A DNA stretch of 64,000 nt from NCBI GenBank assembly GCA_958009085.1, contig OY253685.1, forward strand, positions 372,001-436,000, written 5' to 3'. Numbering within the stretch: position 1 is the first letter of the stretch; each line of letters begins with the position of its first letter. Source of the DNA: Protoeuglena noctilucae (Eukaryota). Shown piece after piece: positions 62,264-64,000 of this stretch. The notes under the pieces are model-generated. The model searched no databases. It saw only the letters and a program-made list of their open reading frames with translations, and had not been told where the DNA came from. The position numbers were made by a program, and so were the translations under genes.

Positions 62264-63550
62264 CTAGTCCAGAAGGCTCCCCGCACTGCCAAAGAGTCTC
62301 ACCGCCCCCTTCTTTACCGCAAACTCCAGGGCAGCTGCCGCGAACAGGAAGGTCAGCATGGACTCCCCCACTTGAGCAAGGGCCACCACGGCACCTATCC
62401 TGTCCCCACCTCCCAGGACCTGCCGCGTGGCATACGAGACTCGACCGCGTCATCGTCTCAACGGTGTCGCAGGGCCCAAGTGCATGTCTCAGCACCCGTC
62501 AGCAAATCCCAGGCGTTGTCACCTGGGATACCGTGTCCTGCGCTTCCGAGAGCCCCCGCACAATCCCAAATGCTCCCACGACTCCTGAGCGCAAATGAGG
62601 GTTCTCGAGGTCCTCCCGCACCGCATACCTCCACACGGGTCCGAACAAGAAGCACGACATCGCCACGATGAGGGCTCCTGCCACGGCACCCGGGCCTGCG
62701 CGAATGCGACAATCACGGGATTGGTAAGGCTCGCACCCAGTCTGGCACGGCCCAACACGCTATGCCGCGCTTGCACCTGTGCCACTCGTCACCACGTACG
62801 GCAGGGAGCCCAGCGTCCCACCCACGGCAGCGACGAGAGCGGCCTTCACGCTCTCCACCCTCTCAGCGTCGCTCCTTGCGCTGGCCTCAATCTGGGTGCG
62901 CGAGGCTTGCGCCTCCTGCACCGCCAGCTCCGCCGCGCGCATCCTGGGGGCAGAGTGGCCTGGAGATGCGCGCAAGCTCCCACCCGTCGCATCATGGAGC
63001 ACGCAACGCAACTATCCTCACCTCTGCTCAGCCTGGGCAACCGTGATGTCAGCGAGCCGGTCCAAGACCCTCTGCCCGGCGCGGTCTGCCTCCTCCGCAA
63101 TCCGCCTCTCCTCCTCGGCGCCACGCTTCCGGACCTCGATGATCTCCATCTCGATCTCCGCAGATTGCTTCTGCAGCTCGGCGACCTTCTCCGCCGCAGC
63201 GGCGATGCGGTCGAGCCGATCCCTCACCTGCAGCGAGGACAACGGGAGGAGATTGTTTTGTCACGGGCCATCCTCGCGAAGCAGATGCGTTCACCATGCG
63301 AACTGCACCTCGGGGTCCTGCTGGAGGATTCGGCCCGCCATGTCCGTCATCTCATCGTCCGCCGCGCTCCCAGACCCCGGCTGGGCCATCGAGGGCCGCC
63401 ATCTCCTCCGTCCAACCGCACCCCTACATCCCGTACATGCAGATGTACGCACTGGCAACCGTGTCCACGCGCTCATGCCGCTTTGGGAGATAGAAAATTT
63501 GGATGATCCCTTGGTACCAGGAGAAAGGCAGCGGCAGGAAGAGGCGTGAC
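62264..63550 (-). CDS. Conserved plastid/cyanobacterial-type membrane protein with coiled coil (start uncertain)
   Basis: Coiled coil, then ERVESVKAALVAAVGG and LFGPVWRYAVREDLENPHLRSGVVGAFGIVRGL. Confidence 0.65.
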
Positions 63551-64000
63551 TCGGGGGCACCACAACATCAAATCGAATGCGCTCGGTGCTCGAGATATGC
63601 TGCCATTCGCGCTGCCGGCGTGCCAGGCTCAAGTTGCAAGCTGAGTCAGTGCGAGGGAGCAGCGGAGGGCCATCTTCCCCGGCGCGATTCCGTTCACGTC
63701 GACACAGGAAGGCTCTGGTAGCTCGGCTTCGGGGGGGCAGGCGGGCATCGATGGCGAGCCACCTCCGATATGCTCCTGGGGCCGCGAGCTCGTCTGCTGC
63801 TGCGCCTCACAATGCGCTCAAGGTGACCAACAGTGGGCTGGGCCGGCCATCGGTCGCCCATCACGCCTCGGGAGCGGAGCCGGGCCCCCGGCAGTCTTCT
63901 TCGCTGTGGAGCGCGCCGGTGCGCGTTTCGTCCGGCCCTGCCGTCTCCTCCGTCAACTTGGATAGAGATCGGTCGCGCACTGACGCGGGCGCCCGTGGGC

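Noticed and set aside
108..63721. Most long overlapping Arg/Gly/Pro-rich ORFs in the six-frame track
   Set aside because: These are shadow ORFs expected at high GC. The real genes are spliced and recognised by their motifs.

Overview
GC-rich, intron-dense eukaryotic nuclear DNA, most likely a green alga. The inference rests on plastid-type FeSOD, an STT7/STN7-like kinase, an AP2-domain protein and an organellar AspRS. From about 15 to 64 kb lies a compact run of about 16 spliced host genes, many with GC-AG introns. The first ~14 kb is an accessory region around a tRNA-Asn gene. It holds an ~8.7-kb single-ORF non-LTR (L1/Tx1-like) retrotransposon (~2684-11406) encoding APE endonuclease, RT, an archaeal-type RNase H placed before the zf-RVT knuckle, and zf-RVT. 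The RNase H closely resembles a host RNase H1 gene in the same window. The element has an ~3-kb 3' region that can fold into a very long G-U-rich rod, and its two ends show complementarity over the start codon. It sits in a head-to-tail array with truncated 3' ends and a putative non-autonomous mini-element. Gene boundaries and splice sites were read by eye and are approximate.
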